Part shown: piece by piece, positions 37,596-46,364 of the stretch
Layout of the letters: the number at the start of each line of letters is the position of its first letter
Numbering within the stretch: position 1 is the stretch's first letter
NCBI GenBank assembly: GCA_017502135.1
Contig: JAFVVP010000001.1
Coordinates: forward strand, 220,255-284,254
DNA from: Clostridia bacterium
GTDB lineage: Bacteria; Bacillota; Clostridia; Oscillospirales; CAG-272
Direction of reading: 5' to 3'
Length of the DNA stretch: 64,000 bases
The notes under the pieces: generated by a model
Databases searched by the model: none
What the model was told of the DNA's origin: nothing
Seen by the model: only the letters and a program-made list of their open reading frames with translations
Made by a program: the position numbers and the translations under genes

Positions 37596-38480
37596 ATGAA
37601 AAAGACGAAAATTATTATCATTGCCGCACTGCTCGTCGTAGTTTTCGTGGCGATGGGGTCGCTCTATACCGTAAAGGAAAATGAATACGCCTGCGTTATG
37701 CGCTTCAACAAGATCGAAAACGTGCAGAGCGAGGCAGGTATTTACGTGAAGGTGCCGTTCATCGACAACATTATGACGTTCCCGAAAACAGTACTTCTGT
37801 ACGATATCCCCGAGTCGGAGGTGCTGACTGCCGATAAGAAAAATATGACGGTAGACAGTTACATCACGTGGGAGATCTCCGATCCTCGCACGTTCTATCA
37901 GACGCTCGGAACGATTGCCGAGGCGGAAACCCGTCTTGACGCTCTGACGTACAACTCGCTCAAAAACCTTATGGGTACGCTCGAGCAGAACGATATTATC
38001 AACGAAGAAGACGCCGCAGAGCGCAACGATATTTATTCCGGCATCACCGCCGAGGTACAGGCGCTCGCCGACACGTACGGTATTCATGTCCTTGATGTAA
38101 AGGTAAAACGGCTCGATCTGCCTGCAGACAACGAGCAGGCTGTTTATGCACGTATGATCTCCGACCGTAACCAGATCGCAGAGAAGTACACCGCAGACGG
38201 TGAGTACGAGGCGTCCATTATCCGTAACGACGTGGATAAGCAGGTCAACATCCTCATTTCCAACGCACAGGCACAGGCGGCAAAACTTGAAGCCGAGGGC
38301 GAAGCGGAATATATGCGCATGCTCGCCGAGGCGTACGATACCGCCGACAAAAAGGAATTTTATGAGTTTACGCTCGGACTTGACGCGCTCAAGGCATCTC
38401 TTGCCACGGACGAGAACACCAAAACGGTAATCATCGACGGAAACTCGCTGCTCGGTCAGCTTCTCATTGGACCGCAGTAA
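37596..38480 (+). CDS. hflC: SPFH/band-7 protein, HflC-type
   Basis: N-terminal TM helix plus an SPFH domain ('VLTADKKNMTVDSYITWEISDP'). It starts 2 nt after the hflK stop. Confidence 0.8.
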   Translation: MKKTKIIIIAALLVVVFVAMGSLYTVKENEYACVMRFNKIENVQSEAGIYVKVPFIDNIMTFPKTVLLYDIPESEVLTADKKNMTVDSYITWEISDPRTFYQTLGTIAEAETRLDALTYNSLKNLMGTLEQNDIINEEDAAERNDIYSGITAEVQALADTYGIHVLDVKVKRLDLPADNEQAVYARMISDRNQIAEKYTADGEYEASIIRNDVDKQVNILISNAQAQAAKLEAEGEAEYMRMLAEAYDTADKKEFYEFTLGLDALKASLATDENTKTVIIDGNSLLGQLLIGPQ

Positions 38481-38505
38481 AAACATACTTATTTAGACAA
38501 GCGCC

Positions 38506-38540
38506 AAAAGCCTGCCGCGAAATCGCGGCAGGCTTTTTTT
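38506..38540 (+). terminator. rho-independent terminator of hflKC
   Basis: AAAAGCCTGCCGCG-aaat-CGCGGCAGGCTTTTTTT. Confidence 0.85.
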
Positions 38541-38635
38541 GTTACCATGGACGAGCGCTTCGCATAGGATAATGAACAGAGAGAAGAAATCATCGGGAAA
38601 ACGAAACGAAATCGCTGTAATTTTGGAGGTGTTCC

Positions 38636-39766
38636 TTGAAAAATCTTCTGACGAATATGAGAATGTTGTCCGGTCTGTATCCCGAGACGTATTTTGCGGG
38701 CGCCAATACGAAGCGTGGGTTTGTGAGCGCCTATCCTGCGTTCATTGACGAGACGGTGCTCACAAGGGTGTATGTGCTCAAAGGGGGAAGCGGCACGGGA
38801 AAGAGTTCCCTTATGAAAAAATGCGCCGAGCGTGCGGTGGCGAATGGGTCATCTGTAACGATGCTCCTTTGTTCCTCCGATCCTTCCTCGGCGGACGCTG
38901 TGATTCTTAAAGGGGAGCACGGTGCGGCGGCGATTCTCGACGGGACGGCACCGCATATCACAGATCCCCTTTTCCCGGGTGCGGTGAGCGAGATCGTGAA
39001 TCTGGGGGAATTCTGGCGTCCGGACGCGCTTCGAAACGCGCGGTGCGAGATCACGGCACACGGCGAGGGAAAGCGCGCAGCGTACGGGCGCGCGTATCGC
39101 TATCTTTCGGCGTACGGGGAGATCACGAAAGCGGCAGAGGCGCTCCTTTCCGATTGCATTCTCAAGGAAAAAATGTACGCCGCTGCAACGAGGGTTCTGT
39201 CATCGGTGCCGAAAGGGAAGACTTACGGGGAGATGCTAAGGCATACTGCCGCGATCTCTATGGAGGGGATGTACCGACTGAGTACGTTTTCCGCCAAAGC
39301 GAAGAAAAAGTACGCTGTCGTCGATTCGTACGGATGCGGGTCATTCTTCCTCGATGCACTGCGGTCGGCAGCCGCAGAAAGACGCTGCATGCTATGGTAT
39401 GCGCCGGCACCGGGTGAAACGGAAACACCGTATGAACTGTATTTTCCGACGTCGGAAATCTCCTTCTCCCTTGTGGGGGAGCGCGACTTTTCGGCGGACG
39501 GTTCGTCGTGTGAGCCCGGTGAGTATTCCGTCGTCAACATGGGGCGGTTTCTTGACCGACGTTCGCTTTCATCGTGCCGTGCGCGGCTTCGCTTTGCGGC
39601 TCGGTGCCGCGAGATGCTCCTTGACGGTGCTCTGGAATCCCTCGCTGATGCACGCCTGCATCATTTCAGGCTTGAGGAGATCTACAAGTCAGCGATGGAT
39701 TTCGACGGTGTCTCTGAGACAGGTGAACGGATCGAAAACGAGATCTCAAAGATACTCTGCCCGTGA
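38636..39766 (+). CDS. P-loop NTPase of unknown function
   Basis: 376-aa ORF with a TTG start 5 nt after the 'ggaggtg' RBS. It has the Walker A motif 'GGSGTGKSS'. No other recognisable domain was found by eye. Confidence 0.6.
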   Translation: MKNLLTNMRMLSGLYPETYFAGANTKRGFVSAYPAFIDETVLTRVYVLKGGSGTGKSSLMKKCAERAVANGSSVTMLLCSSDPSSADAVILKGEHGAAAILDGTAPHITDPLFPGAVSEIVNLGEFWRPDALRNARCEITAHGEGKRAAYGRAYRYLSAYGEITKAAEALLSDCILKEKMYAAATRVLSSVPKGKTYGEMLRHTAAISMEGMYRLSTFSAKAKKKYAVVDSYGCGSFFLDALRSAAAERRCMLWYAPAPGETETPYELYFPTSEISFSLVGERDFSADGSSCEPGEYSVVNMGRFLDRRSLSSCRARLRFAARCREMLLDGALESLADARLHHFRLEEIYKSAMDFDGVSETGERIENEISKILCP

Positions 39767-39812
39767 TGGGCAAAAGGGAAGGGGAACGGACGAAACGTCC
39801 GTTCCCCTTTTA

Positions 39813-40160
39813 TCAACTTTCCAGCTTTCGCCAATATTTGTAGTATGCGACGATGCTTCGTACCGTGCCGTCGTGCTCCAGATCGGGTGCCGTGATGACG
39901 ACACCTTCGAGCGAAAGCAGCTCCCACGCCGAAAGATCGGCGATCTTCGTGCGCAGCACGACGTCCAGGCTGGCGTAGACGAGCAACTCGTCGTCCTTTA
40001 CGATGATCGAGCCGTCGTGTGCGATGACCTCCTCGATGCCGTCCTCTTTCTTTTCGAGAACGCATTTGAGGGCTTTTCCGTTGAGATGCATTGCCATCTC
40101 CCGTTTGTACCGTTTGCTGTCCGGATTTTTGCTTTTGAACATTTTTTTGAAAAGATTCAT
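39813..40160 (-). CDS. hypothetical small protein (115 aa)
   Basis: The ATG at 40160 is preceded by the 'aggaga' RBS, with a basic N-terminus 'MNLFKKMFKSKNPDSKRYKR'. No family was recognised. Confidence 0.45.
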   Translation of the reverse strand: MNLFKKMFKSKNPDSKRYKREMAMHLNGKALKCVLEKKEDGIEEVIAHDGSIIVKDDELLVYASLDVVLRTKIADLSAWELLSLEGVVITAPDLEHDGTVRSIVAYYKYWRKLES

Positions 40161-40201
40161 CTTACTTTCTCCTGGGCGTTGGTTTTGAGGGTGCGGGAGA
40201 A

Positions 40202-41023
40202 TTATTTTCGCTTGCCGATCGCGCCGATGCATGAAAAGAGAAGCATCGCACCGAGATTTACGAGCACGACGGTGGCACCGCCCGGCGCATCAAACAGGTA
40301 CGAGAGCGTGATGCCGACGGCAAAGGAGACGATCGCAATGAGGGCGGCGGCAATCGTTACCGCCCGGAACGTTTTGAAGACGCGCATAGCCGTGAGCGCA
40401 GGGAAAATAATGAGCGCGGAGATCAGCATAGCACCCATCATCCGCATGCCGAGAACGATCGTTATGGCGGTGAGGACGGCGGTGAGCATCGTGTATGCGT
40501 TTACGCGGATGCCGCCGGCGCGGGCGAACGTTTCGTCAAACGTTACGGAGAAAATGCGGTTGTAGAAAAGGATAAACAGAACGAGAACGATAAAGGAGAG
40601 TGAGAGGCTCAGTACTACGTCGTCTTCGCTCATGGCGTAGATACTGCCGAACATATAGTTGTAGACGTCTGTATTGACGCCGCCGCCTACCGAGAGAATG
40701 AGAACGCCGAAGGCAAGAGCGGACGTTGAGATGACCGCGATGGCGGAATCGCCTTTGAGTCGGCTATCCTCGCTCAGGCGAAGAAGGAAGAATGCCGCGA
40801 TTACCACTACGGGTATCGCTACTTTGAGCGGAGCGAGATTGGCTACTGCCGCTATGGCGAGGGCACCAAATCCTACGTGGGAGAGGCCGTCGCCGATCAT
40901 GGAATAGCGTCTGAGAACAAGACTTACGCCAAGGAGCGCGGCGCAGAGCGAGACGAGTATGCCGACGGCAAGCGCTCTCTGCATAAACGGATAGGAAAGC
41001 ATATCAAAAATGGCGTTAAACAT
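40202..41023 (-). CDS. znuB: metal (Zn/Mn) ABC transporter permease, ABC-3 family
   Basis: 273-aa polytopic membrane ORF with the typical 'YPFMQRALAVGILVS' N-terminus. Confidence 0.75.
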   Translation of the reverse strand: MFNAIFDMLSYPFMQRALAVGILVSLCAALLGVSLVLRRYSMIGDGLSHVGFGALAIAAVANLAPLKVAIPVVVIAAFFLLRLSEDSRLKGDSAIAVISTSALAFGVLILSVGGGVNTDVYNYMFGSIYAMSEDDVVLSLSLSFIVLVLFILFYNRIFSVTFDETFARAGGIRVNAYTMLTAVLTAITIVLGMRMMGAMLISALIIFPALTAMRVFKTFRAVTIAAALIAIVSFAVGITLSYLFDAPGGATVVLVNLGAMLLFSCIGAIGKRK

Positions 41024-41726
41024 CGGAAAGGCCTCCCAAAAAGGATTTTCCCGCCTCGGAGGCGAGGTAATCCTCCCGCGTGCCGAAAAACAGCTGACTG
41101 TGTTTCAAATGCAGTACGTGAGAGGCGGCGTAGAAGGGTGCACCGGTATCGTGGGACACCATAACGACGGTGATCCCCTCGGTTTTGTTGAGGTGCTCGA
41201 TCATGGCGTAGAGTTCACGGCTGACGATCGGATCGAGTCCCGCCGTCGGCTCGTCAAGAAGGAGGAGCTCACCCGTGGCACAAAGTGCCCGCGCGAGACG
41301 GACTCTCTGCTGCTGACCGCCGGAGAGCTCGCGATAGCACCTGCCGGCTAGATCGGAGATGCCCATTTTCTCCATGTGGTACGCTGCGAGTTGTTTTTCT
41401 TTCTTCGTGTAGAACAGTCCGTTCCCAAATCGGCCGATGCAGCCGCTCAGAACGACCTCTCTCACACTGGCGGGGAAGTCCTTTTGGAGATGGGTCTGCT
41501 GAGGAAGGTATCCGATCCCGCGGGCGAAAAGTCCGTCGCCGAAGGTGATCGTGCCCGCGGCGGGGGCTTTCAGTCCTAATAGGCCGCGAACGAGAGTGCT
41601 TTTCCCCGATCCGTTCTCGCCGACGATGCAGAGATAATCGCCTTTTTTGAGGGTAAAGTTTATCCCCTCGGCGACGGTTACGCCGTCGTAGGTGAAACTA
41701 AGATCCGTACATTGTATTTGTGCCAT
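41016..41726 (-). CDS. znuC: metal ABC transporter ATP-binding protein
   Basis: Has Walker A 'GENGSGKST', the signature 'LSGGQQQR' and Walker B 'LLLLDEP'. Confidence 0.85.
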   Translation of the reverse strand: MAQIQCTDLSFTYDGVTVAEGINFTLKKGDYLCIVGENGSGKSTLVRGLLGLKAPAAGTITFGDGLFARGIGYLPQQTHLQKDFPASVREVVLSGCIGRFGNGLFYTKKEKQLAAYHMEKMGISDLAGRCYRELSGGQQQRVRLARALCATGELLLLDEPTAGLDPIVSRELYAMIEHLNKTEGITVVMVSHDTGAPFYAASHVLHLKHSQLFFGTREDYLASEAGKSFLGGLSDV

Positions 41727-42655
41727 CAGGATAACGCCTTTCGGAGATTGTGGAGATTTTGCTGCATCAGCGACACGTACGTAACACCCGCATCGAATTC
41801 GGCGCGGGTAACGTTGTGGCAGGAATGAAAGAGAAGCGTCTCACAGCCTGTCGCCTCGGCGATGGTGTTTGCCAGTCTCCTGTCGGAGAATTCGATATAG
41901 AACACGGCAGGAATGTTTTCCTCTTTTACAAGATCAATAAGTGCCGCGATCGTTTGCGCGCCGGGCTCCGTTTCGTGGGCGCATCCGGCAAATGCGGCTG
42001 TGTACCGGAGTCCGAACGCTTCGGAAAAATAGAAAAACGGATATCGGTCTGCAAACACGATCCGATCGCGTTTGCTGTTTTCTGCCGTCTCGGCAAAGTC
42101 TTCAGCCAAAACCATGATTTCCGCGGTGTAGGCGGCGGCGTTTTCCGTGTATACGTCTGCGTTGGTCGGGTCAATTTCTCGGAGCGCATCGCGGATCGCT
42201 TCTACGATCGTTATCGCGTGATAGGGGGACGTCCAAACGTGTTCGTCGTAGATCCCGTCTTCGTGCTCGTGATCTTCGTGCACGTGCTCCTCCATCCGAT
42301 GCGGGGGGATGAGGTCTGTCATAGCGATCACGGTAACCTTATCCGTATCGATCGAGGAGAGGATATTGTCCATCCACGCGTCGGATTCACCGCCGCCGTA
42401 GAGGAACAGATCGGCATTTTGGATTTTTCGGATATCCTTCGGCGACGGATCGTAGGAGTGCGTTTCCGTGCCGGGATCAATGAGCATCGTAACGTCGCAA
42501 AAATCGCCCGCGACTGCACGCGCAAAATCGTAAGGCGGAAACGTGGTGGTGACGATGGAGAGAGAGTCGGGGTCATCACTTGGGGAGAAGGCGCATCCGC
42601 TGACGGCAGTGGACAAAAAGAGAAGAGAAAGTATAAGACAACAGATTTTTTTCAT
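41726..42655 (-). CDS. znuA: metal ABC transporter substrate-binding lipoprotein (cluster A-I), His/Asp/Glu-rich loop
   Basis: Has the lipobox 'AVSGC' and an acidic His-rich loop, 'HVHEDHEHEDGIYDEH', typical of zinc-specific ZnuA/AdcA proteins. Confidence 0.75.
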   Translation of the reverse strand: MKKICCLILSLLFLSTAVSGCAFSPSDDPDSLSIVTTTFPPYDFARAVAGDFCDVTMLIDPGTETHSYDPSPKDIRKIQNADLFLYGGGESDAWMDNILSSIDTDKVTVIAMTDLIPPHRMEEHVHEDHEHEDGIYDEHVWTSPYHAITIVEAIRDALREIDPTNADVYTENAAAYTAEIMVLAEDFAETAENSKRDRIVFADRYPFFYFSEAFGLRYTAAFAGCAHETEPGAQTIAALIDLVKEENIPAVFYIEFSDRRLANTIAEATGCETLLFHSCHNVTRAEFDAGVTYVSLMQQNLHNLRKALS

Positions 42656-42676
42656 AACGTATTCCTGTAAACTCGG

Positions 42677-43078
42677 TTATTCGGCACAGCCGGCACACAC
42701 GCCGTAGATAACGGACGAGCCGCCGATGAGAAAGCCGTGATCTTTTAAAATGTGCTCACGTACGTCGTGGAGCTTGTCGCATTCCATATGGATAAGCTTG
42801 CCGCAGCGGGCGCATTTCAGATGGAAGTGATGATCGCATCCCTCACCGACCGCGTACTGATAGACGAAGCTGTCCGTGTCGGGCGATTCAAATCGGCGGA
42901 TTACGCCGTCCTCCCACAGACGGGCGACCTGGCGGTAAACGGTACTCTTTCCGGGGCTTGTCTCCCCCGCGGACAATGCGGAGACGATCTCCTCCACCGT
43001 ATAGTGTTTATCTTTGTGGGCGATGAAAAAGTCGAGAATCTGTTTTTTGTGTCCGGTCATATACGCGTTTCGTTTCAT
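42677..43078 (-). CDS. zur: Fur-family metalloregulator, probably Zur
   Basis: Has the winged-helix motif 'TVYRQVARL' and CxxC pairs 'CARCG' and 'CAGC'. The ATG at 43078 is preferred because the promoter and operator lie inside the track's longer ORF. Confidence 0.75.
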   Translation of the reverse strand: MKRNAYMTGHKKQILDFFIAHKDKHYTVEEIVSALSAGETSPGKSTVYRQVARLWEDGVIRRFESPDTDSFVYQYAVGEGCDHHFHLKCARCGKLIHMECDKLHDVREHILKDHGFLIGGSSVIYGVCAGCAE

Positions 43079-43104
43079 ATGGGTGCAAATCCTCTCCGAC
43101 GCGA

Positions 43105-43126
43105 AAATGAGAATCATTCTTGATTT
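43105..43126 (-). promoter_or_regulatory. Fur/Zur-box-like operator
   Basis: AAATGAGAATCATTCTTGATTT has a perfect AGAAT-C-ATTCT inverted-repeat core (43110..43120) with A/T flanks. It lies immediately downstream of the -10 element. Confidence 0.6.
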
Positions 43127-43130
43127 CAAT

Positions 43131-43159
43131 AGTATACCACAACGGGCGGCAGTTGTCAA
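43131..43159 (-). promoter_or_regulatory. sigma-A promoter of zur-znuACB
   Basis: Minus strand reads TTGACA (43159..43154), a 17-nt spacer, then TGgTATACT (-10 at 43136..43131). Confidence 0.75.
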
Positions 43160-43219
43160 TGCAAAAAAGAAAACCGATCCGGCGAGACGGCCGAATCGGT
43201 TTCGTTATACCAAGGCGAA

Positions 43220-44101
43220 TCAGCCGACCGTGCGGCACACGGCGGCAAAGAAGCCCATTTTGCGAATAGCGGCGGCACAGACTTCTGCCCGCACGTCCGA
43301 TACGAAAATGCCGAACACGGACGGGCCGCTGCCGCTCATGAGCGCGGTTACCGCACCGCGGTCAAGAAGAAACGTCTTGAGTTTTGCGGCTTCGGGGTGG
43401 ATCGGCAAAATCACGTCCTCGAACGCGTTGTACGCGGCGTGCGAGAGCGCATGGACGTTCCCGCCGGCGAGCGCTTTATAGATCTTCTCCGCGTCGTGCG
43501 GCGTATAATGGGCGAAATCACCGTGCAGATCATCAAGAAGGCGAAATGCCTCGGGGGTGGATACGCCGCCGTCCGCTTTGGCGATCAGAACCGTGTAATC
43601 CGGGCCGGTCGTAACGGGCGTCAGAATATCGCCCACGCCTTCACAGCGGCACGTGCCGCCTGTGAGGCAGAACGGGACGTCAGCACCCAGTTTCCCGCCG
43701 ATACGGGAGAGCTCTTCGTGGGAGAGCCGGTTTTTAAAGTAGCGGTTCAAAAGACGCAGAACAGCCGCCGCATCCGCGCTGCCGCCGCCAAGACCGGCGG
43801 AGAGGGGAATGCGTTTTTCTACGTGGAGCTTTACGCGCACGTTCGTGATGCCCGCAGTTTCAAGATACAAAGCGGCGGCACGGTAAGCGAGGTTCTTTTC
43901 ATCTGCAGCAAGGTTTTTGTCAGAGCAGGTGAGAAGGATCTCCGTCTCGGGTACGTCCTCAGTGATCTCCGCTGAGATCGTGTCGGAGAGGCTGACTGTC
44001 TGCATACAGCTTTTAAGATCGTGATAACCGTCTTCCCGACGTCCCACAACGTCTAAAAACAGATTGATTTTCGCGTTAGCGTTTTCGTAAATCATAAGCA
44101 T
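43220..44101 (-). CDS. ispE: 4-diphosphocytidyl-2-C-methyl-D-erythritol kinase
   Basis: Has 'NAKINLFLDVVGRREDGYH' and the GHMP motif 'PLSAGLGGGSADAAA'. Confidence 0.9.
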   Translation of the reverse strand: MLMIYENANAKINLFLDVVGRREDGYHDLKSCMQTVSLSDTISAEITEDVPETEILLTCSDKNLAADEKNLAYRAAALYLETAGITNVRVKLHVEKRIPLSAGLGGGSADAAAVLRLLNRYFKNRLSHEELSRIGGKLGADVPFCLTGGTCRCEGVGDILTPVTTGPDYTVLIAKADGGVSTPEAFRLLDDLHGDFAHYTPHDAEKIYKALAGGNVHALSHAAYNAFEDVILPIHPEAAKLKTFLLDRGAVTALMSGSGPSVFGIFVSDVRAEVCAAAIRKMGFFAAVCRTVG

Positions 44102-44127
44102 ATCATCCGTATATCGTTAGAATCGTT

Positions 44128-45309
44128 TCAGTGGAGAAGCTTCGTGATCGGGTTTTGTCGGATGTCGATCACGTGAATGGGGCAAAGCTCCTGACAGCAG
44201 AAGCAGCGGATGCAATCAGCGTGGCGGATGGCCGCACGTTTTTTGCCTGCGTGCTCTATCATATCAATTGCTCGGCGGGGGCAGGAGTTTTGGCATACGC
44301 CGCATCCCATACATTTCTTTTTGTTGACGAGCGGATGCGGGGCGAAGAAATCGGCAAGTTTTCCGCCAAAGAGGGTGGATAGACTGCCGAGAAACGTTTT
44401 TCTTGTGGCGTCCGGCTCACGGAAATCCGAAAGCGCGATCTCTCGTGGATCGGTACCGCGGATGTCCAGATCCTTTACGGAGGAGGGGCAGAGCCCGCGT
44501 GCTTTTGCCGCGTTCGTCGTGGAGACGGTGTTCTCAAAGCCGACGATCGTTTCTGCCGCGAGATCGAGGCAGAACGGATCCTGACTCATGAGAACGGCAC
44601 CGATCTTTCTGGGATCGCCACCCGTGGGACCGTTTCCCTCCATGCCGACAATGCCGTCGCAGATGGCGAGGATCTCGTGCCTTCGGCAGAGCATATCGGC
44701 GAGATCCACGAGCATTTCCGCGAAAACGGGCAGGGTAGGATAGGCGGAGTGCATCTCAAACTTCTGTATGCCGGGCACGACGCCGAAAAAGTTTTTGACG
44801 GCGGCGCTCATTTTGGTAAGGGAATGCGATTTGAGCCGGCAAAGATCCACGATCACGTCCGCCTGAGAGATAGGTGTGATAACGGAGAACGCGCGGCACG
44901 CTTTAGCGTTCTTTGCGTTCACGTTTTTGGATGAGGTGTCGTAACTCAGTGGCAGATCACACGATGCCGCCGCGTCAAGAATGCCGCATGTTTTGTAGTT
45001 CAGCCGAAGCGCCGTCTCGGTGAAAAGCCCGCCGGGGCTTTCGGCGAGGAGAATATTCTCGGCACCGTGTGCGCGAAGGAAAGAAACGACTGCTTTGAGA
45101 AAAATCGGATTGGTGGTCGCCGCGCCGTCCGGTTTTGTGGGTGCCACGAGATTCGGCTTTATGACGACGCGTTTCCCTTTATATGCATCATCGGCGATGC
45201 CGATGTTATCCGCTTCTTCCATTAGACAGGCGAGGATTTTATCCTCGTCGTATTCCGTCAGTCTTGATACGGCAACAGGCTCGAACGTGTTTGTTTTATT
45301 CTCCGACAT
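44128..45309 (-). CDS. DUF362-domain protein with C-terminal 2x[4Fe-4S] ferredoxin domain
   Basis: Has 'KRVVIKPNLV' of the DUF362 core and C-terminal 'CMGCGVCQNSCP' / 'CIRCFCCQELCP'. Only the part from the ATG at 45309 is credible, because the rest of the 691-aa track ORF is antisense to the PHP gene. Confidence 0.75.
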   Translation of the reverse strand: MSENKTNTFEPVAVSRLTEYDEDKILACLMEEADNIGIADDAYKGKRVVIKPNLVAPTKPDGAATTNPIFLKAVVSFLRAHGAENILLAESPGGLFTETALRLNYKTCGILDAAASCDLPLSYDTSSKNVNAKNAKACRAFSVITPISQADVIVDLCRLKSHSLTKMSAAVKNFFGVVPGIQKFEMHSAYPTLPVFAEMLVDLADMLCRRHEILAICDGIVGMEGNGPTGGDPRKIGAVLMSQDPFCLDLAAETIVGFENTVSTTNAAKARGLCPSSVKDLDIRGTDPREIALSDFREPDATRKTFLGSLSTLFGGKLADFFAPHPLVNKKKCMGCGVCQNSCPRRAIDMIEHAGKKRAAIRHADCIRCFCCQELCPIHVIDIRQNPITKLLH

Positions 45310-45339
45310 CGCATACCCCTCTACCTTAATTACGATATT

Positions 45340-45368
45340 AGTATACCACACCGTGAAGACATTTGCAA
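45340..45368 (-). promoter_or_regulatory. sigma-A promoter of the DUF362 gene
   Basis: Minus strand reads TTGCAA (45368..45363), a 17-nt spacer, then TGgTATACT (-10 at 45345..45340). Confidence 0.65.
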
Positions 45369-45396
45369 GAGGCCGGGGAGAATTCCGGCTTTGGGG

Positions 45397-45425
45397 TCGA
45401 CAAACGGGAAAAACTGTGGTATAAT
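45397..45425 (+). promoter_or_regulatory. sigma-A promoter of the PHP-domain gene
   Basis: TCGACA (45397..45402), a 17-nt spacer, then TGgTATAAT (-10 at 45420..45425). Confidence 0.65.
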
Positions 45426-45456
45426 ACGGGAAGAATAAAGAGGGGAGGACAGAGAA

Positions 45457-46320
45457 ATGTACACGGACAAACACGGAAATACCTGGTTCAAGGGTAATCT
45501 TCATATGCACACCACAGATTCCGACGGTGCCATGTCGCCCGAGGATGCGATCGCGCTCTACCGTGAGAACGGATACGATTTTGTCGCCGTAACCGATCAC
45601 AGACAGTTTTGTCCGCCGCGTGATGCGGAGGGAATTCTCGTTCTCTCCGGCGGCGAGTACAACACGGGCATCACCCCCGCCGAGGGACTCGTCCATATCG
45701 TTGGTGTCGGCATGACGGCGGATCCCAAGGGCTCCACGGAGGATTCGACGCAGGTGTTGATTGACAAGGTGCACAGGGCGGGCGGCATTGCTATCTGGGC
45801 GCATCCCGCGTGGTCGCTCAACGCGCCCGATTTTATAGAGAAATATGAAGGCATAGACGCGACGGAGATCTACAACTCCGTATCGGGTTTCCCCCGCAAC
45901 GTGCGCCCCGATTCGTCCCTTATCACCGATATGTTGGCGATGCGCGGAAAGCCGCTCAAACTCGCCGCCGCGGATGACACGCACTTTTACGAATGCGAGA
46001 CGTGTAAAAGCTACATTTGGGTGAAAGCGGAAAACTGTACCCGCGAGGCCATTCTTGATGCTATCCGCGCCGGTGATTTTTACGCATCGCAGGGACCGCG
46101 GATCGAGGCCTTCCATGAGGGAGACACGATCACGGTGGAGACGACGCCCGCCGCGTCGATCGCGTTTTTCAGCGATACCGTGTGGGTGGAGGATCGCGTG
46201 CATATCGAGGACGGCATAACGAAAGCCGTTTATACGATCGGTGAAAAAGACACCTTCGTTCGTGCGGAGGTCATTGACGCCGACGGCAACAAGGCGTGGA
46301 CACAGTATTTTAGCGTATAA
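45457..46320 (+). CDS. PHP-domain metal-dependent phosphoesterase (CehA/McbA-like)
   Basis: Has 'FKGNLHMHTTDSDG' and 'DFVAVTDH' PHP His/Asp motifs. The RBS is 'gaggggagg'. Confidence 0.75.
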   Translation: MYTDKHGNTWFKGNLHMHTTDSDGAMSPEDAIALYRENGYDFVAVTDHRQFCPPRDAEGILVLSGGEYNTGITPAEGLVHIVGVGMTADPKGSTEDSTQVLIDKVHRAGGIAIWAHPAWSLNAPDFIEKYEGIDATEIYNSVSGFPRNVRPDSSLITDMLAMRGKPLKLAAADDTHFYECETCKSYIWVKAENCTREAILDAIRAGDFYASQGPRIEAFHEGDTITVETTPAASIAFFSDTVWVEDRVHIEDGITKAVYTIGEKDTFVRAEVIDADGNKAWTQYFSV

Positions 46321-46326
46321 ATGAAA

Positions 46327-46364
46327 GCCTCCCGCATCGGCTTGATGCAGGAGGCAGTTTTTTA
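46327..46364. terminator. bidirectional terminator
   Basis: GCCTCCCGCATC...GATGCAGGAGGC hairpin followed by TTTTTTATTTT, between convergent genes. Confidence 0.7.

Noticed and set aside
34967-37621. 884-aa minus-strand ORF spanning the glnA promoter, all of glnA, its terminator and hflK
   Set aside because: It is antisense to two genes with unmistakable homology (glnA, hflK). Its translation is a low-complexity R/L/V/H/D-rich sequence with no motifs and no RBS. It stays open because the sense genes avoid TTA, CTA and TCA codons, which read as stops on the opposite strand. It is a shadow ORF, although its length and its passage through an intergenic terminator are striking.
39354-40565. 403-aa plus-strand ORF
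   Set aside because: It runs out of frame through the P-loop NTPase 3' end and then antisense to the small protein and the znuB permease. It has no motifs.
45310-46203. N-terminal ~300 aa of the 691-aa minus-strand ORF 44128..46203
   Set aside because: This part is antisense to the well-supported PHP-domain gene and crosses both mapped promoters. The DUF362 homology begins only at the internal ATG at 45309.
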